From assembly GCA_020137815.1 (NCBI GenBank), contig CM035360.1:4650001-4714000 (forward strand): 64,000 nt of DNA, written 5' to 3'. Below are positions 20,345 to 34,134 of the stretch, in pieces. The stretch comes from Hormiphora californensis (Eukaryota; Animalia; Ctenophora). Numbering within the stretch: the stretch's first letter is position 1; every line of letters begins with the position of its first letter. The notes under the pieces are model-generated. The model made no database searches. It was given only the letters and a program-made list of their open reading frames with translations, and was not told the DNA's origin. Made by a program: the position numbers and the translations under genes.

Positions 20345-21328
20345 ACTTTCTCGGTACTAATTTCGATTCGGGATAATTTTCTCGGTAAGAAATTGCGACT
20401 CGGGGAAATTTCTCGCTTAGAATAACGATTCGAGAAAATTTTCTCGGTAAGAATTTGCGATTCGGGGAAATTTCTCGCTTAGAAAATACGATTCGGGATA
20501 ATTTTCTCGGTAAGAAATAAGAAATTGCGACTCGGGGAAATTTCTCGCTTAGAATAACGATTCGAGAAAATTTTCTCGGTAAGAATTTGCGATTCGGGGA
20601 AATTTCTCGCTTAGAAAATACGATTCGGGATAATTTTCTCGGTAAGAAATAAGAAGTTGCGACTCGGGGAAATTTCTCGCTTAGAATAACGATTCGAGAA
20701 AATTTTCTCGGTAAGAATTTGCGATTCGGGGAAATTTCTCGCTTAGAAAATACGATTCGGGATAATTTTCTCGGTAAGAAATAAGAAATTGCGACTCCGG
20801 GAAATTTCTCGCTTAGAATAACGATTCGAGAAAATTTTCTCGGTAAGAATTTGCGATTCGGGGAAATTTCTCGCTTAGAAAATACGATTCGAGAAAATTT
20901 TCTCGGTAAGAAATTGCGTTTCGGGGAAACTTCTCGCTTAGAAAATACGATTCGAGAAAATTTTCTCGGGAAGAAATTACGATTCGGGGAAATTTCTCGC
21001 TTAGAAAATACGATTCGGGATAATTTTCTCGGTAATAAATTGCGATTCGGGGAATTTCTCGCTTAAAAAATACGATTTGAGAAAATTTTCTCGGTAAGAA
21101 TTTGCGATTCGGGGAAATTTCTCGCTTAGAAAATACGATTCGAGAAAATTTTCTCGGTAAGAAATTGCGATACGGGGAAATTTCTCGCTTAGAAAATACG
21201 ATTCGAGAAAATTTTATCGGTTAGAAATTGCGATTCGGGGAAATTTCTCGCTTAGAAAACACGATTCGAGAAAATTTTCTCGGTGAGAAATTGCGATTCG
21301 GGAAAATTTCTCTCGCTTAGAAATTGCG
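20345..21328. repeat. Internal satellite: ~31-bp subunits paired into 62-63-bp units, with a 132-bp higher-order repeat
   Basis: Unit aattttctcggtaagaaattgcgattcggggaaatttctcgcttagaaaatacgattcgaga. The marker taagaaataagaa recurs at 20511, 20643 and 20775. Confidence 0.92.
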
Positions 21329-22428
21329 ATCACTGCGCTGGCAAGCGCAAAGGTTGCCATTCCCCCTCCCCCAAACAGCAAAGCGCCGCCAGAAACGCAG
21401 TTATACGTTTTATGGGTGTTTTGACTGAAAACCCAGATATCAGAAGGCTATAGCATGGCTCCCATTCATCCGTTTGACTTGAAATTTGGAATGTATACCC
21501 GGCTCGGGGTCATTAACTTAAGTTAAAAATTTCAAGTCTCTATCTCATCTGGAACTGAAGTTACAGACAGGTCCCATTTGCCCTAGATTCAGTGTAACAC
21601 ATATGCGCGCGCGCGTACGCGCGTAGGAGAGACGCTTTTTATAAACCATATTCACACCAAACGAAAAGAGATAGAAACTTCTCGTTTTCACAGCTGGTAG
21701 ATCTACTGGATGTGTGTGCATTAGTCGAGGTGGCGTCCCTTTTCATCGCCAGGAACGTCCTACAGAACGTCTTAAAGTCGTCATTTTTCAGACTCTGACC
21801 AAAATTCTTTGAGCTCAATTTACAGCCTGAAGACGGATTCTAATCGAAAAACGAAGACTATATCATGGAAAGAGAATTGTCTGAACTTTGAGAAACTATA
21901 TTGCGAATTTTCAAAACTACATGTATAAGGGTCTTAAAACGCGTCTGAAGTGTTATGACTGTTTAAAAATAGATATGACGATATGGGTTTTTTCGCCATA
22001 GCGGACTCAAATCTTATCCAATCGATCTCAAACTTGGTCAGTATCTTCATCTAGGTAATCCCGATGATATGACGTCAAAATTTTGACGTCATGACGTCGT
22101 GACGTCATTTTATGACGTCAAAATGACGTCAAAAATGAAAAAAATTCAACTTAGCGATTCCATCCTCTCCGTACTTGTTCTACTACATCGAAATGGATAA
22201 AAAATCCCAAAAATGATGCAAATTATACCAAAACTAATTGAAATTAGTAGGCCGGAAAGGTTGCCCTATGATTTGAGCTACCTTTGGCACCAGTACATTT
22301 CCTTTTAAAGATAGACGAAGCATCTGTTATACCCTGTTTTTACCCCTTGAATGTTACGGTGGCAAAGGTAGCTCAAATCATAGGGCAACCTTTCCGGCCT
22401 ACTAATTTCAATTAGTTTTGGTATAATT
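21329..22428 (+). mobile_element. Helentron/HINE-like element, diverged relative of 11159-12340
   Basis: 5' ATCACTGCGCTGGCAAGCGCAAAGGTTGCC, 3' GGCAACCTTTCCGG..ACTAATTTCAATTAGTTTT, terminal inverted duplication 22221-22428, shared GACGTCA cluster. Confidence 0.6.
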
Positions 22429-23404
22429 CGATAATACTTTCTTGGATAGAAAATTCGATTTGGAAAGATTTTCTCTCTTAGAAATCCCGATTTTTCGTAC
22501 AAACAGTACAAAAAAGTACAACAAATTATGGAGGTGGGTGCCTAGTAAAAGTTCATGGACAGGTTCCTTTTGTGCTAATTTGTACCGCCTAGGAACGTTT
22601 GTCGTGTATTTATTATCATTCGAAATTCGAAAAAGTAAACATCATTAAGATTCAGATTTCGAAAATTTTGAATAGAACATTTCCTTGTGTTTTGATAAAG
22701 AACAATTAAAACATGATTAAAATATGTTTTTATGTTCCAATTATGTATAAGAAACCACAGTTTAACCTATTAATATGACACAATTATGATCATAAACTAA
22801 AGTTTAAACGATCAGAAAAGCTTTGATTTATCATTTATACCCCGTTTTATTTTTTTGTATTTTTTTGTACTTTTTTGTATTTTTTTGTATTTTTTTGTAT
22901 TTTTTTGTTTGAGGAAAACCTTGTTTTTTTCCGTACAAACATACAAAAAATAGGTTGGAACCCCCCCACGTAGCTTGCATGTTAAAAACACCCGGGATGA
23001 TTACTGCCCCCCAGCTAGTCTCAGTCTTCTCTAGTCAGCACAATGCTTAAGAGTACGCTACTTAGCGCGTATACCGTATAAATTATTTTACTCTCAAGCA
23101 TACTTTCATGTTTTCCCAAGCTCACATTTTGATAAATCAACGTATAGGATACCCAGATTTATCAACTGCATGTAAGTGTATATGACTATGAAGATCGAGG
23201 CTATAACAGTCCCAATAAGAGCCCGTACTTGTGCATTTAAATCGGTATAATCTCCAAGCACCACTCTACTTACCCCCCCCCCCCGCCCCCTTGATGAAGG
23301 TTCTATGTGGTGAAACTTCCCCCTGATGTAGAGACTGCTATACTCGATGTGCTGTTGTTGTCTTGGCTTGGGCACAGCTACCTATACCTACAGTACCATA
23401 CAGA

Positions 23405-23732
23405 TATAGAGGCTACAACAAAACGATGTGCTGTCGCACCGTACCATTGTTGCCATGGTGACGAAAGGGGGTTTACAGGATAATGAGGTGATGATAATCA
23501 CCGCGGTGCGACAGCACATCTAATTAAGGGTCGTACTGTTACACAATAGTATTGCTATGGCTTCGTTTAAAGATCCTGTCATTGGTTAAAACCGTATGGG
23601 AATGTGTTTAAACTATGATGTGCTGTCGCACCGCGGTGATTATCATCACCTCATTATCCTGTAAACCCCCTTTCGTCACCATGGCAACAATGGTACGGTG
23701 CGACAGCATATCGGTTTGTTGTAGCCTCTATA
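23405..23732. mobile_element. MITE with ~115-bp TIRs (TATA-GAGGCTACAAC...GTTGTAGCCTC-TATA, possibly Sola-like)
   Basis: Near-perfect inverted arms at 23405-23520 and 23617-23732. Confidence 0.8.
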
Positions 23733-24378
23733 GTATGTAGTACACTACCCTAGATAAAGTAACCGCCTCGGCCCTGTATTCCATGTTGAACTTCACGGGA
23801 TAGGAGCACATAAACAGTACAAAAATGTGTTACTACCTTGTGTTGCTACTGCGCCAACCACGTATAGTAACAATACAAATACTACCGTCTACCGTCCTCT
23901 AACTACTAGTGGCCGTAGTACCGTGTTTTCATGTTGCAATTTGTAACTGCAGTTATAATCTTTTGTAATTGTGAAACAGAAGGAAATGCCATACAGCAAC
24001 TCGAGAAATTATATTCTAACCCGTGGCGCACGGAGAGAGAGAGAGATGGTCGAACTATAGCTGCAATAATCAGCGATCCCTGAAAAATGCCACCTGGAAC
24101 CTACAAAGTTCACAATCACACAATAATATCGTAATTTATATTATTAATGCCATTCCAATTCTCGAAGAGTCTCGAGTAGCATATATATGCCCTGCACGGC
24201 CGTATGACCCGGGGCACGGCAGCAGGTGGGCGGCAGGAACTGTAACTGGGCCATTGAACACTTATTGTCTTATTGTTGGTGTTGCGTGTGTCTGATCATG
24301 GTGTGGCGTGACAGCGTGTGTCTGGTGAAATGACATGCCCATTCAGTCAACTAGAGCCGGCACTTGGTGCCATTAAGC

Positions 24379-24862
24379 CACCTATTCTCGCTTCGCGTGA
24401 GCTCGATCTCAGTCGTTGTGCCACTTCGATCTTGCAAATGTGTCAAGGATGCTTGTAGTGGAAAACCGGTGCCGCAATGAACCGTCTCGATCAAATGCCG
24501 TAAGAAGACGCGCAAGCTTGACTAATCACAGCCCTATAATAGATCGTGCTGAAAAAGCGTACTTTATTAGTTTAGTGCCCACACGTTACACAAACGGTGC
24601 ATCTCCATTCTCCGTACCGTTTTTGAACACCGTTTCTCCACTACTGCAAGCGGCGCTGCAGTAATTTTCACCAAAGCTGGCACACGCGGTTCTGCATGAT
24701 AATACCATTATATTTTCTTCAGTTCCCTAAACCACTTTATACATTTGTTATATTCGAACCAGCTTGGTGAGTCGAGCAAGGTTGGTCACATTGAATATTT
24801 ATACCTGAGTGAGATCGACGTCGCGCACAACTGAGATCGATCTCACGAAGCGAGAATAGGTG
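24379..24862. mobile_element. MITE with CAC termini (TIR CACCTATTCTCGCTTCG), CMC-like
   Basis: Inverted ~40-bp ends. Internal similarity to ~43590-43840. TSD not exact. Confidence 0.6.
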
Positions 24863-25148
24863 CAGCAATGGTACCAACGAGCAAGGCAAGTTAAACAGTT
24901 CTTCCTCTTTTGAAAGAGCTGTGCTTTACTGATATGTTTTAATTTTCTTTTTTTATGAGCTGCAGCTGAAATGTGTATCTTTCTTTCTTTTCTTGTGAGC
25001 TGGGGTTAATATCCAAGAACGAACTGCCAGAGCATTGACCTGACATTGTCAGGCTGAAAAAGAACGAAAAGTTGAAGATAGAAGACAATAAATATCCTTC
25101 AAGATAAGTTGTGCACCATATCTCTCTCCATACAATAGTAGCCCTCTT

Positions 25149-25694
25149 CCCTAGTAAACGCGCACAGGCTGTTTGTTGCACAAACGACGCCGTTCTACCC
25201 CGTTAACGATGAGGAACGGTGTCGTTTATGCAAGAAACAGCCGCGCACGTAAAGAACGGTGCCGTGAGGGCGGAATCACACCAAGATCTTCGAAAGAATT
25301 GTTTCGACGCACCAAACCCAATCACACTGAAAAGTTTGGTTGGTTCTTCACAGCAGGCGTTCAGTTGTTGTGAACGCCTGCTGTGCGCGGCGCATTGGCA
25401 CGTGCATCTTGGGCGCTGGCAGGCTTTCACATGTTGTAACATATAGAAGCCTGCCAGCGCCCAAGATGCACGTGCCAATGCGCCGCGCACAGCAGGCGTT
25501 CACAACAACTGAACGCCTGCTGCGAAGAACCAACCAAACTTTTCAGTGTGATTGGGTTTGGTGCGTCGAAACAATTCTTTCGAAGATCTTGGTGTGATTC
25601 CGCCCTTAACGGCGTTGTTTCTGCAACTCATTTTTGGCGAGCAATTGGAATTGCAGAAACAACGCCGTTAACGGCGCCGTTTTTACGCGGAGAA

Positions 25695-25753
<59 letters not shown>

Positions 25754-25894
25754 AGATAGAGAGAGTCGAGATAGAAAGAGACACATGATACCACGGACGT
25801 GAAAAGCTATTGGGACCAACATTGTATGGCTTTACACGCTACAGCTACCCCACCCATGGCAACTATCTTTTCACAATCGAGTCACTGATTATAA

Positions 25895-25993
<99 letters not shown>

Positions 25994-26122
25994 TCTCTCT
26001 CTTTCTCTCTTTCTCTCTTTCTCTCTTTCTCTCTCTCTCGTTCTCTCTCTCTCTCTCGCTCTCTCTCTCTCTCTTTCTCTCTTTCTCTCTTTCTCTCTTT
26101 GTCTCTCTCTCTCTCTTTCTCT

Positions 26123-26178
<56 letters not shown>

Positions 26179-26391
26179 CTTTCTCTTTCTCCGCGTAAAA
26201 ACGGCGCCGTTAACGGCGTTGTTTCTGCAATTCCAACTGCTCGCCAAAAATGAGTTGCAGAAACAACGCCGTTAACGGCGCCGTTCTTTACGTGCGCGGC
26301 TGTTTCTTGCATAAACGACGCCGTTCCTCACCGTTAACGGAGTATAACGGCGTCGTTTGTGCAACAAACAGCCTGTGCGCGTTTACTAGGG
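25149..26391. mobile_element. Non-autonomous element with CCC termini and 2-bp TSD (CMC/EnSpm-like), containing nested hairpins
   Basis: TT-CCCTAGTAAACGCGCACAGG ... CCTGTGCGCGTTTACTAGGG-TT, ~110-bp TIR. Internal palindrome centred ~25440, and (GA)n/(CT)n arms. Confidence 0.8.
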
Positions 26392-27526
26392 TTTAGCTTT
26401 ATTAGTCCTAATTATTCTGGTTGATTAGAGAGATTGTTACTATAACTTAAGAGAGATTATTACTATAACTTAAGAGAGATTGTAACTGCAATGGAGTAAC
26501 TATGCCGTGCCCTTTGAGTTTTACCGCTTCTGCCCTTGTGGCGTAGAAGCTGAGCTGCGTTGACAGCGAGGCGTTGAATTCAGCTCAATCATGCACGGTA
26601 ATATGGCATGGCGGAGTAGCCACGTATTATATAAAGCACTTAATGCAGCAGCACTTAGATCCTCCACGAATTTGTGGGTTGTCAAAGGCTTTAATAGAGC
26701 TCGAATGTCTTAGTGGACTGTTAGCTAGAACGCTGTAGCCTAGCTCGATTTATTAATTTATGAGGTTTTCATCCAGGCGCTGTGGGGGCGCAGCTCAGTT
26801 GTATTTACACCACAATGCGTGTCACACATTTCATTAAAACGTCCCAATATAGTGGTTTATGAAGGAGCAGTTTCGTAGCAGGTAGCGGTGGACCGTCTAC
26901 CGATTTAGTTAGTATTCAAATATGTCATTTTCGAATTCTAACCCTGCTATGCCTTTTTGTAAAGCAAAAATGCATCCGGGTGAATGCCTTCGGCATTCTC
27001 CCGGGCAGGGAAAAAATACTTGCATAAGTAACTGAACTTTTAGTAATGTCGCGTTATGTAGTATTGTAGTCATTTGAAAGTTTCACTCCGACGGTACGAG
27101 GATATAAGAACTCCCACTACCGTACAGTGACGTTTAATAAATAATAGATAAAACGTGTGCTTAGAAAATTTAAGTTTAAAGTTCCCTCAATATTGGCATT
27201 AGAAGTTCATTAAATTTAATGAATCCTGTCAATATGACAGTTGATTGAGCAGGTACCGACTGTAGGAGCTAGGCACCTCATTCAATCGAAAAGATGTGCC
27301 AATCTCATTACCACGCCACGCAAGTCCGGACTAAGCTCTGAAACCTTAGTGAAAGTATAAGAGCAATTTGTTCTTTTTCTTCCCGTCCCTCTTTGGGGAG
27401 GACGCTTGAGAGGAATTGGGGATCACGAAGTTGATTTGATTGGAAAACATAAGATAGAGAGATAGAGAAAGCGAGAGATAGGGAAATATTTAATAGAGAG
27501 AAAGGTAAAGAGGGAGAGAGAGAGAG

Positions 27527-27682
<156 letters not shown>

Positions 27683-29223
27683 AAGAAAGAGAGACTAAAA
27701 GATAGTTAAAGAGATCGAGATCGAGTGAAAGAGAGAGAGAGATAGTTCCCAACAGGGCCCTATTGCAGTTCTCGTACACAATTTCTTTTATTCATTGCGC
27801 CCATTGCTGTCCCCTTTTGACGACCCAGTGTCAAAATTCACAAATATATGTGGATCTAATTTCCAATGCTTTCAGGAAAAGTAATGCTAAAATAATAACA
27901 TCATACCCAGATATTTCATTGCTTCAAACACGTGCATAACTGAAAAATAAAATACCTGCATTACCTGCCGTCTCCACAGACTTGAGTAAAGGTGTGTCGA
28001 GATACGTATCAATTGTGTCAAAAGAATTGCCTGGCGTAGTACTGCAGAGCTGTGACGTGTGTGACTGTGTGTCGAAGTGCAGACAAAAATGTAGACACAG
28101 ATAATTCCTTTTGATCTTTTTACCTTCTATTCTCCAGCTGCTATAACTTGTCTATTGACAGTGGTATGTACCTCAATTCTCAAACGTGACCTCGTCGACA
28201 TTCGAGAGCTTTATGTTATTGGATCCTGGATTTCAGCTCCTTGGAATATATAGCACCTGTTAAGCTTGCAAATCCTGTATTTATAGCCGGTATATATAAA
28301 TTGCTTCATTGATAATGTACCTGCTATAACCCAACCGATCCTTATTCTCTATAATGATCAGAGAGGGTGTTTCACAGACACAAGCAAGTTCCCTTTGTTC
28401 GCCGTTGCCGGTCCTTTGAGTTTGATCAACCTCATCAGCATAACTATAGGTCCCACCAGATGGTATGATGGGGCTCAGGTGTTCATTTGTTTCTCTCTCA
28501 TGGCTATCTCTAATTCTTTAGTTCTCTCTCTTTCTCTCTCCCTCATTCTCTAGCTCTATCTCATTAAATCTCACTCACTATCTCTCCCTCCCCCTCTCTC
28601 AATCCTTCTACTTCTATCTTTGTCTACGGTACGACTCTATTTTTCTGTGACAGCTATACCTTCAATTGTTACTGCTCACTATATTTCATGTCTATCTTTC
28701 TCTCTTCATATCCCTTCTCTCCATTTCTCGCTTACCCCCTCTCTCTCTATCTCTTTCTCTCTACTATATACGCTCTATCACCTACCTCCAGCTCGACGTC
28801 TTGAGATGTTCCCTCCATCGCTTACTTGAGACAGGCTGATCTACGATGGTTCTATGATGGTTCTACGATGGTTCTATATGATGGTGACAAGTTAGTGCAA
28901 CTGTCTGGCCAATCACGGAGAGTTCTCTATCCACAATTAGTCACTAGAGTATTAGTACTCGACTTGTCACCATTTGTTATTAAATATGATAGTACAGGCT
29001 TTATCGAGAACATAATCCTTGGACTAAATAATTGCCCCCCCCCCCCCCTAATTCGGTATTTCACATTTAAATTCCTTCATTATCAACACTCAGATCCCCA
29101 AACAAGTCTTTCTATTCTCTGGGCCACTGTCTCAGTACATAGTCTATATCTATTATCCCTCTCTACCTTCCTCCCTCTCTATATAACAAGGGAAGAAAGT
29201 TGTCTAAATCTCCAGCTCCGCGA

Positions 29224-29279
<56 letters not shown>

Positions 29280-32200
29280 CTCTCTATTTTATATTTAGGA
29301 TCTTTGTCGAAATCTCCTCATTCAGTTCGTGGCAATCTTTTGTTATTTTGATTATGGTTCCTTGTCCTAAGGACAATGCCGTTCCCCCCCCCCCTTCGCA
29401 GGGCCATCAGCTCTCATAATCTTGGCTCCCCCTTTCACACAGTTTTAAGTTTAAAAAGCTAATAGCTTGTCCTCACTCCTCACCATATTATCCCCTCTGT
29501 CTCTCTATTGTTCTCACGTGTTAACAAGTGTTCCTAGCAGCTGAGTAAGACTCAGTGAGTTGTTTCTAAATGTATAGGGAGTGTGATTCTCTTGATAATG
29601 AAACCTAGTCAGAGAGAAAGAGTCGGTGAAAAGCATTATGAAGTTCTACAACTGTTACCAGCACTCAGCAGTCATGTAACGACGTTTTTTGGAGGTTTTG
29701 TTACAGGTATCGTAGCTTCTCTGAGGCTTATTGTTAACGAGTTTGCCCTTCCTCACTATCGTTCTCGATGTTCGGCAGTGCAGAAAATTACATTCCGGAC
29801 TCTGGGTACTTCGGCAAAAGCCACCTGTTTAAGTTTTTTGGTTTTTTCCTCTGTGCCATGTTATTATAACAGGGTCTCAATAAATCGGGGCACTTCAATC
29901 AGCCTGACCCTGTTTCCTCACAGAACCTATGATGTCAGTGTGACCATGACTCTCCTCTTTTTGTGAGAGGGTCAGCGCAATACCTGATTGTAGTAATAAT
30001 GAGTTTCCAGTTTTGCTCCCGATTCTACACAAGCTATATGTTTTAGACTTCAAGTTTCTCTTCTATTCCTTTGTTTTTTTGACGGTAATCATCTCTCTTC
30101 TTTCTGATTTCAATGACCAATTCCATTGTTGTTGGTCTTCCTTTGTCCTCGTTCGAATTCCTTTCTTTGAAGAAGAATGCAGTGAAACTACCCTGAAGTG
30201 AACTAATTGGAGTTGAAAGAGTATCCTGAGAATTGTTTAATTTTAATTTACCGTGGAAGAATTGAATTAACACAACCATTTCACCTCTTGACTTGTTAAA
30301 TGGGTCGAATGCCCATAAAATTTAGTTATATTTGTAAGCCTCTAATTGTGATGCATTGAAAATAACTTTTCGATAGAATAGTAATATAACACATCTATAC
30401 TTATAATTATAGTAGCTATAATATCGATGCAGTGACTAACACCTAACTAATAATAAACTTTTGCAATTTGAGGTATAGGAATATGGAAAAGTAATTGCAT
30501 CGGCATTTCTCGACCAGAATAATTACGTATCGTAAAAAATTCTTATAATTAACACTAATTAGTGTTAATTATAAGAATATTTTCTTTCTTTGTAGTATAC
30601 ATGGTCACATGCCTTTTACCAACTCTATGAACTTCAGATTTTACTGGTAAATATTTTTGAATTTAGTGGGTCTGGTTATTCAGCCGGCAGGTGAGAACAT
30701 TCGCCATGATAATATGATAATGCATATTGACAGGCCTGAGCGAACATTTTGACAATAAATATTGTCTTTGACAATCATAAACAATTGAACTTGAATGACG
30801 AATATCTGTTTTGTCCCTATTTTGTCTTCTAGATAGATTGCGTAACTTATATATTATCTAGAAGTATTTTGTGTTAAACACATGGTACCTATCCAGTTAT
30901 ATTGTAATATTACTATCTATATTAGACACCATGGTCTGACATTGTTGAGTTACTCAACAAGCCTGACACGTGTACCACAGAAGCACATGGCAGCTGATGG
31001 TGACGTTATATGAGAGGGGCACATGGAGCGGTGCGTTGGTCCTTGATCTACACGTGCTGTTAAATTTTAATGTCATCTCACCGGTGTGCTGCTGCTGATG
31101 TCAAACTAATGGAATTTTTATGTAAATTATATGTAAATTTAATCTCTATGCTGTAGTTGTGAGCTCACTTATTCTTGGGCGGGCGAAATCGTGGTTCAAG
31201 TATATGATTAATGACTATTTGTGAACAATAAGATAAGATTAACGAATTTCAATTCAACAATACTTCCATAAATAACACTCCCTGAAATTGTTTATTCGTT
31301 TGCTTAGACTTATTTTGCCTGGCTAGACTGTGTTTCGGGCGCCCCGCCTTCCTTTGCAAATGTAAAGGGAGGGTTAGAACATGACAAGACTTATTGGCAA
31401 TACGTATATAAAAAGTAGTTTTTTTACAATAAGTACAAAATCCTTTTCGTCAATTCATTCTACAATTCCTTCCATGATTACTATCCCTGAAAACATATAT
31501 TTGATCCATCTCGCAGATTCCGTTTGGCAAACGCTGCTGGCGCCCGATAAGGCAGCGCTTTTCAAAGATTCCGTAGACCTTCTGCAATTCATTTTCTTGA
31601 CCATTCAATCCAATTTGGATTCGTGAAGTTTTTTAAATTTCTCTTCATAGTATGAATCATACTCTCACCAATTTATTTTCTTCTCTCTCCCCTCTCTCTC
31701 CCTCGCCGTGTTATTGTACATCATTATTGGACCATGTCATTACCCGGTATTTTCTAACAGCACGCTCTGATCAGAATGATGGCTCAATATATTCCCCGCG
31801 GTTAATTACAGTGTCTATTATGTCTGGATAGACCGTGTCATTCTATCGTAATTACACAGATCTCTCTCTGACCATGGTGCATATCTTCCATTGATTCTCG
31901 AAGAATCGTTGAAAGAAAGTCTAAGCTGAAGAAGGTGCTTGATAAACATAGTTTCTGATTTCCTAAAGACTTTTAGTTTGCTATCTAACTAAATAATATA
32001 AGCAGGCATTTTTTATCATCGATATGTCTCTTTGATCTTTTCAAAACTCCTTTGAATCCAATCATATCTACCCTCCCTTTCAAAACCCAACAACTTTATC
32101 TTTTTTAATGCAGCTTTACCCCGCGTCCCCTTCGTTATTTACAGTTTCACCCCCAAAGTTAGTACATACATAAAATAAAAGTAGCAGCTTGTGATAAGCT

Positions 32201-32525
32201 GTGATATTTTTTATCCTCCCTGCGCTATATATTTCTTGCTATAAATTTCTTGCTATATATTCCAATTAGTTCTACCTTTAAGTTAACTCACAATTCGTAT
32301 CAGGGTTGCCATATATGATATAGTATTGGAAGCAATCAACACCTCACATATCATGCCGGTACATGAAGTGAATGTGCTGGCTCTCTGTCGCAGTAGCATG
32401 CTCCAACGTATGTCAAAATATAAAAGTGTAGTTTGTCTCTTGTCAAATGTCAAATTACAATGTTGAACAAAAAACATTGTAGTTTCGTTTCTATAAAATT
32501 CGCTTAATATGTACATGTACTACTA

Positions 32526-32697
32526 CAGTCGGACCCCGATTTAGGGGCCCCCGATTTAGTGGCACCCCGATTTAGGGACATGATTTTTTCCCCCCAATAT
32601 AGGAAATTAACCTTATTTGACCCCGGTTTAGTGGACACCCCGATTTAGTGGACAAGAGCCTTTCCCCCGAGGGTGTCCCTAAATCGGGGTCCGACTG
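32526..32697. mobile_element. CAGTCGGACCCCG MITE, 172 bp, TA TSD
   Basis: Same TIR family as 18529-19380. Confidence 0.88.
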
Positions 32698-34090
32698 TAT
32701 TTACTTAGACATATCCTTATACGTTTAAAATCCTTTCTAAAAGCTTTTGGTAAATTTACTTTTTTATTTTGCTCTCTAGTAAAAGTTTTGGAGACATTCT
32801 AGTTTAGTGTGCTCACAAAAAGCAGGTCATGAGTCGTGTAAGATATAATCGAGACTTGGAGGATTCAATTATGGAGACTGATTTGAAAATTAAATCTTGC
32901 TTTATAGTTACTGCCAAGGTTTAACTTTTAGAAAGCTTTCAGCTCCAGTCTCCACAGAAGTCATATTATGACTCATAATGAAGCTCGTTAATAGCTTTCC
33001 GGAAAATGGCTCATGTCAGAAATCGTTTGCCAAAAACGACGTTTTCGGCAAATAGCATATGACATCGGGTATTTCCTTGTTGAAATAGCTTTAGTTTTAT
33101 GGTGCTGGTTTGCTACGTGAACTAAATGAAAATGGTTTAATATGAGAAAGCTAGCTTGTACGCTATTTTATTTTCTCGACAAACGTCAAAAAAGAAATGG
33201 TTTCATCTTGACACATTATATGACTCATATAATGTGTCAAGATGAAACCATTTCATTTTTGACGTTTATTATTAGCTTGCTAAAAGGTTCAAGTTTCTAA
33301 AAGTTATATCAAACGCTTTCTATCCTTCTTTCTAAATAACTATTCTAATTAACTTGCAAATATAATGCACTATGCAAAGTTTCTTACCAGTTCTCATAAA
33401 GATTTGCAAATTATTTATGAGAACTGGTAAGAAACTTCGCATAGTGCATTATAAATATTTGGTTGTTGGGTTGATTCAATTTCAAATACAATAAATCGAG
33501 GGTTGATGAGGTTATCATTGCACTGATCGTGCTATATGATGAGCATTTTGTTTTTATGTCTTTTTAATCTAGAAATTACATTGGCATGCGCTGCAGACCC
33601 CAAGTGCGCGCGTTTTCCACGGCTTCTAGGGCCTGTAGCATAGGCCAAGAAATTACACACATTATCTGCAAAATTATGAAATATTTGATCTGTTGTAGGT
33701 GGAAGTGAAAATATAAGCCGCTATATATGAGTGAAATGGAAGAACTTGTAGCGTATATAATAATAGGAAGAGCTATACGTATCGGTATTATAATCAAATT
33801 GACTAGGGATGAGCGTTGGATCGAGATTCGAGTGTAGGTTAGTTGATATAGTGCTGCACCAATCGGGGATATATCGTGTCCTAATACAATCGATCATTCC
33901 TTACCCTTCTCATTCCTTAAGATCATGCTTCCATGAGAGTCTAGGAGAGGGCAGAGAGGTGAGGAGAGAGATAGAACGTTACGAAAAGAGGAGTAGAGAG
34001 AGAGAGAGAGAGCGAGAGCTAGCTGCGCTCTATCGTCTTCTTATCTCGAGATAATCGTACGTATCTCTGTATCTCCTACTATAGATCTAG

Positions 34091-34134
<44 letters not shown>

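Larger units (their letters stand above)
20159..22967. mobile_element. Non-autonomous DNA transposon, GG termini, 8-bp TSD (MULE/foldback- or Merlin-like)
   Basis: TIR GGGGGGGTTCCAACCTATTTTTTGTA, TSD ACGTAGCT at 20151-20158 and 22968-22975. Contains TTTTTTGTA subterminal repeats, a satellite and a nested element. Confidence 0.88.

Noticed and set aside
20345-21328. CRISPR-like regular repeat array
   Set aside because: No unique spacers, eukaryotic context, and it lies inside a TIR element. It is a satellite.
28826-30279. 197-aa, 127-aa and 78-aa ORFs
   Set aside because: No recognisable domain or splice structure, partly microsatellite-derived, and neighbouring frames are full of stops. Possibly decayed TE.
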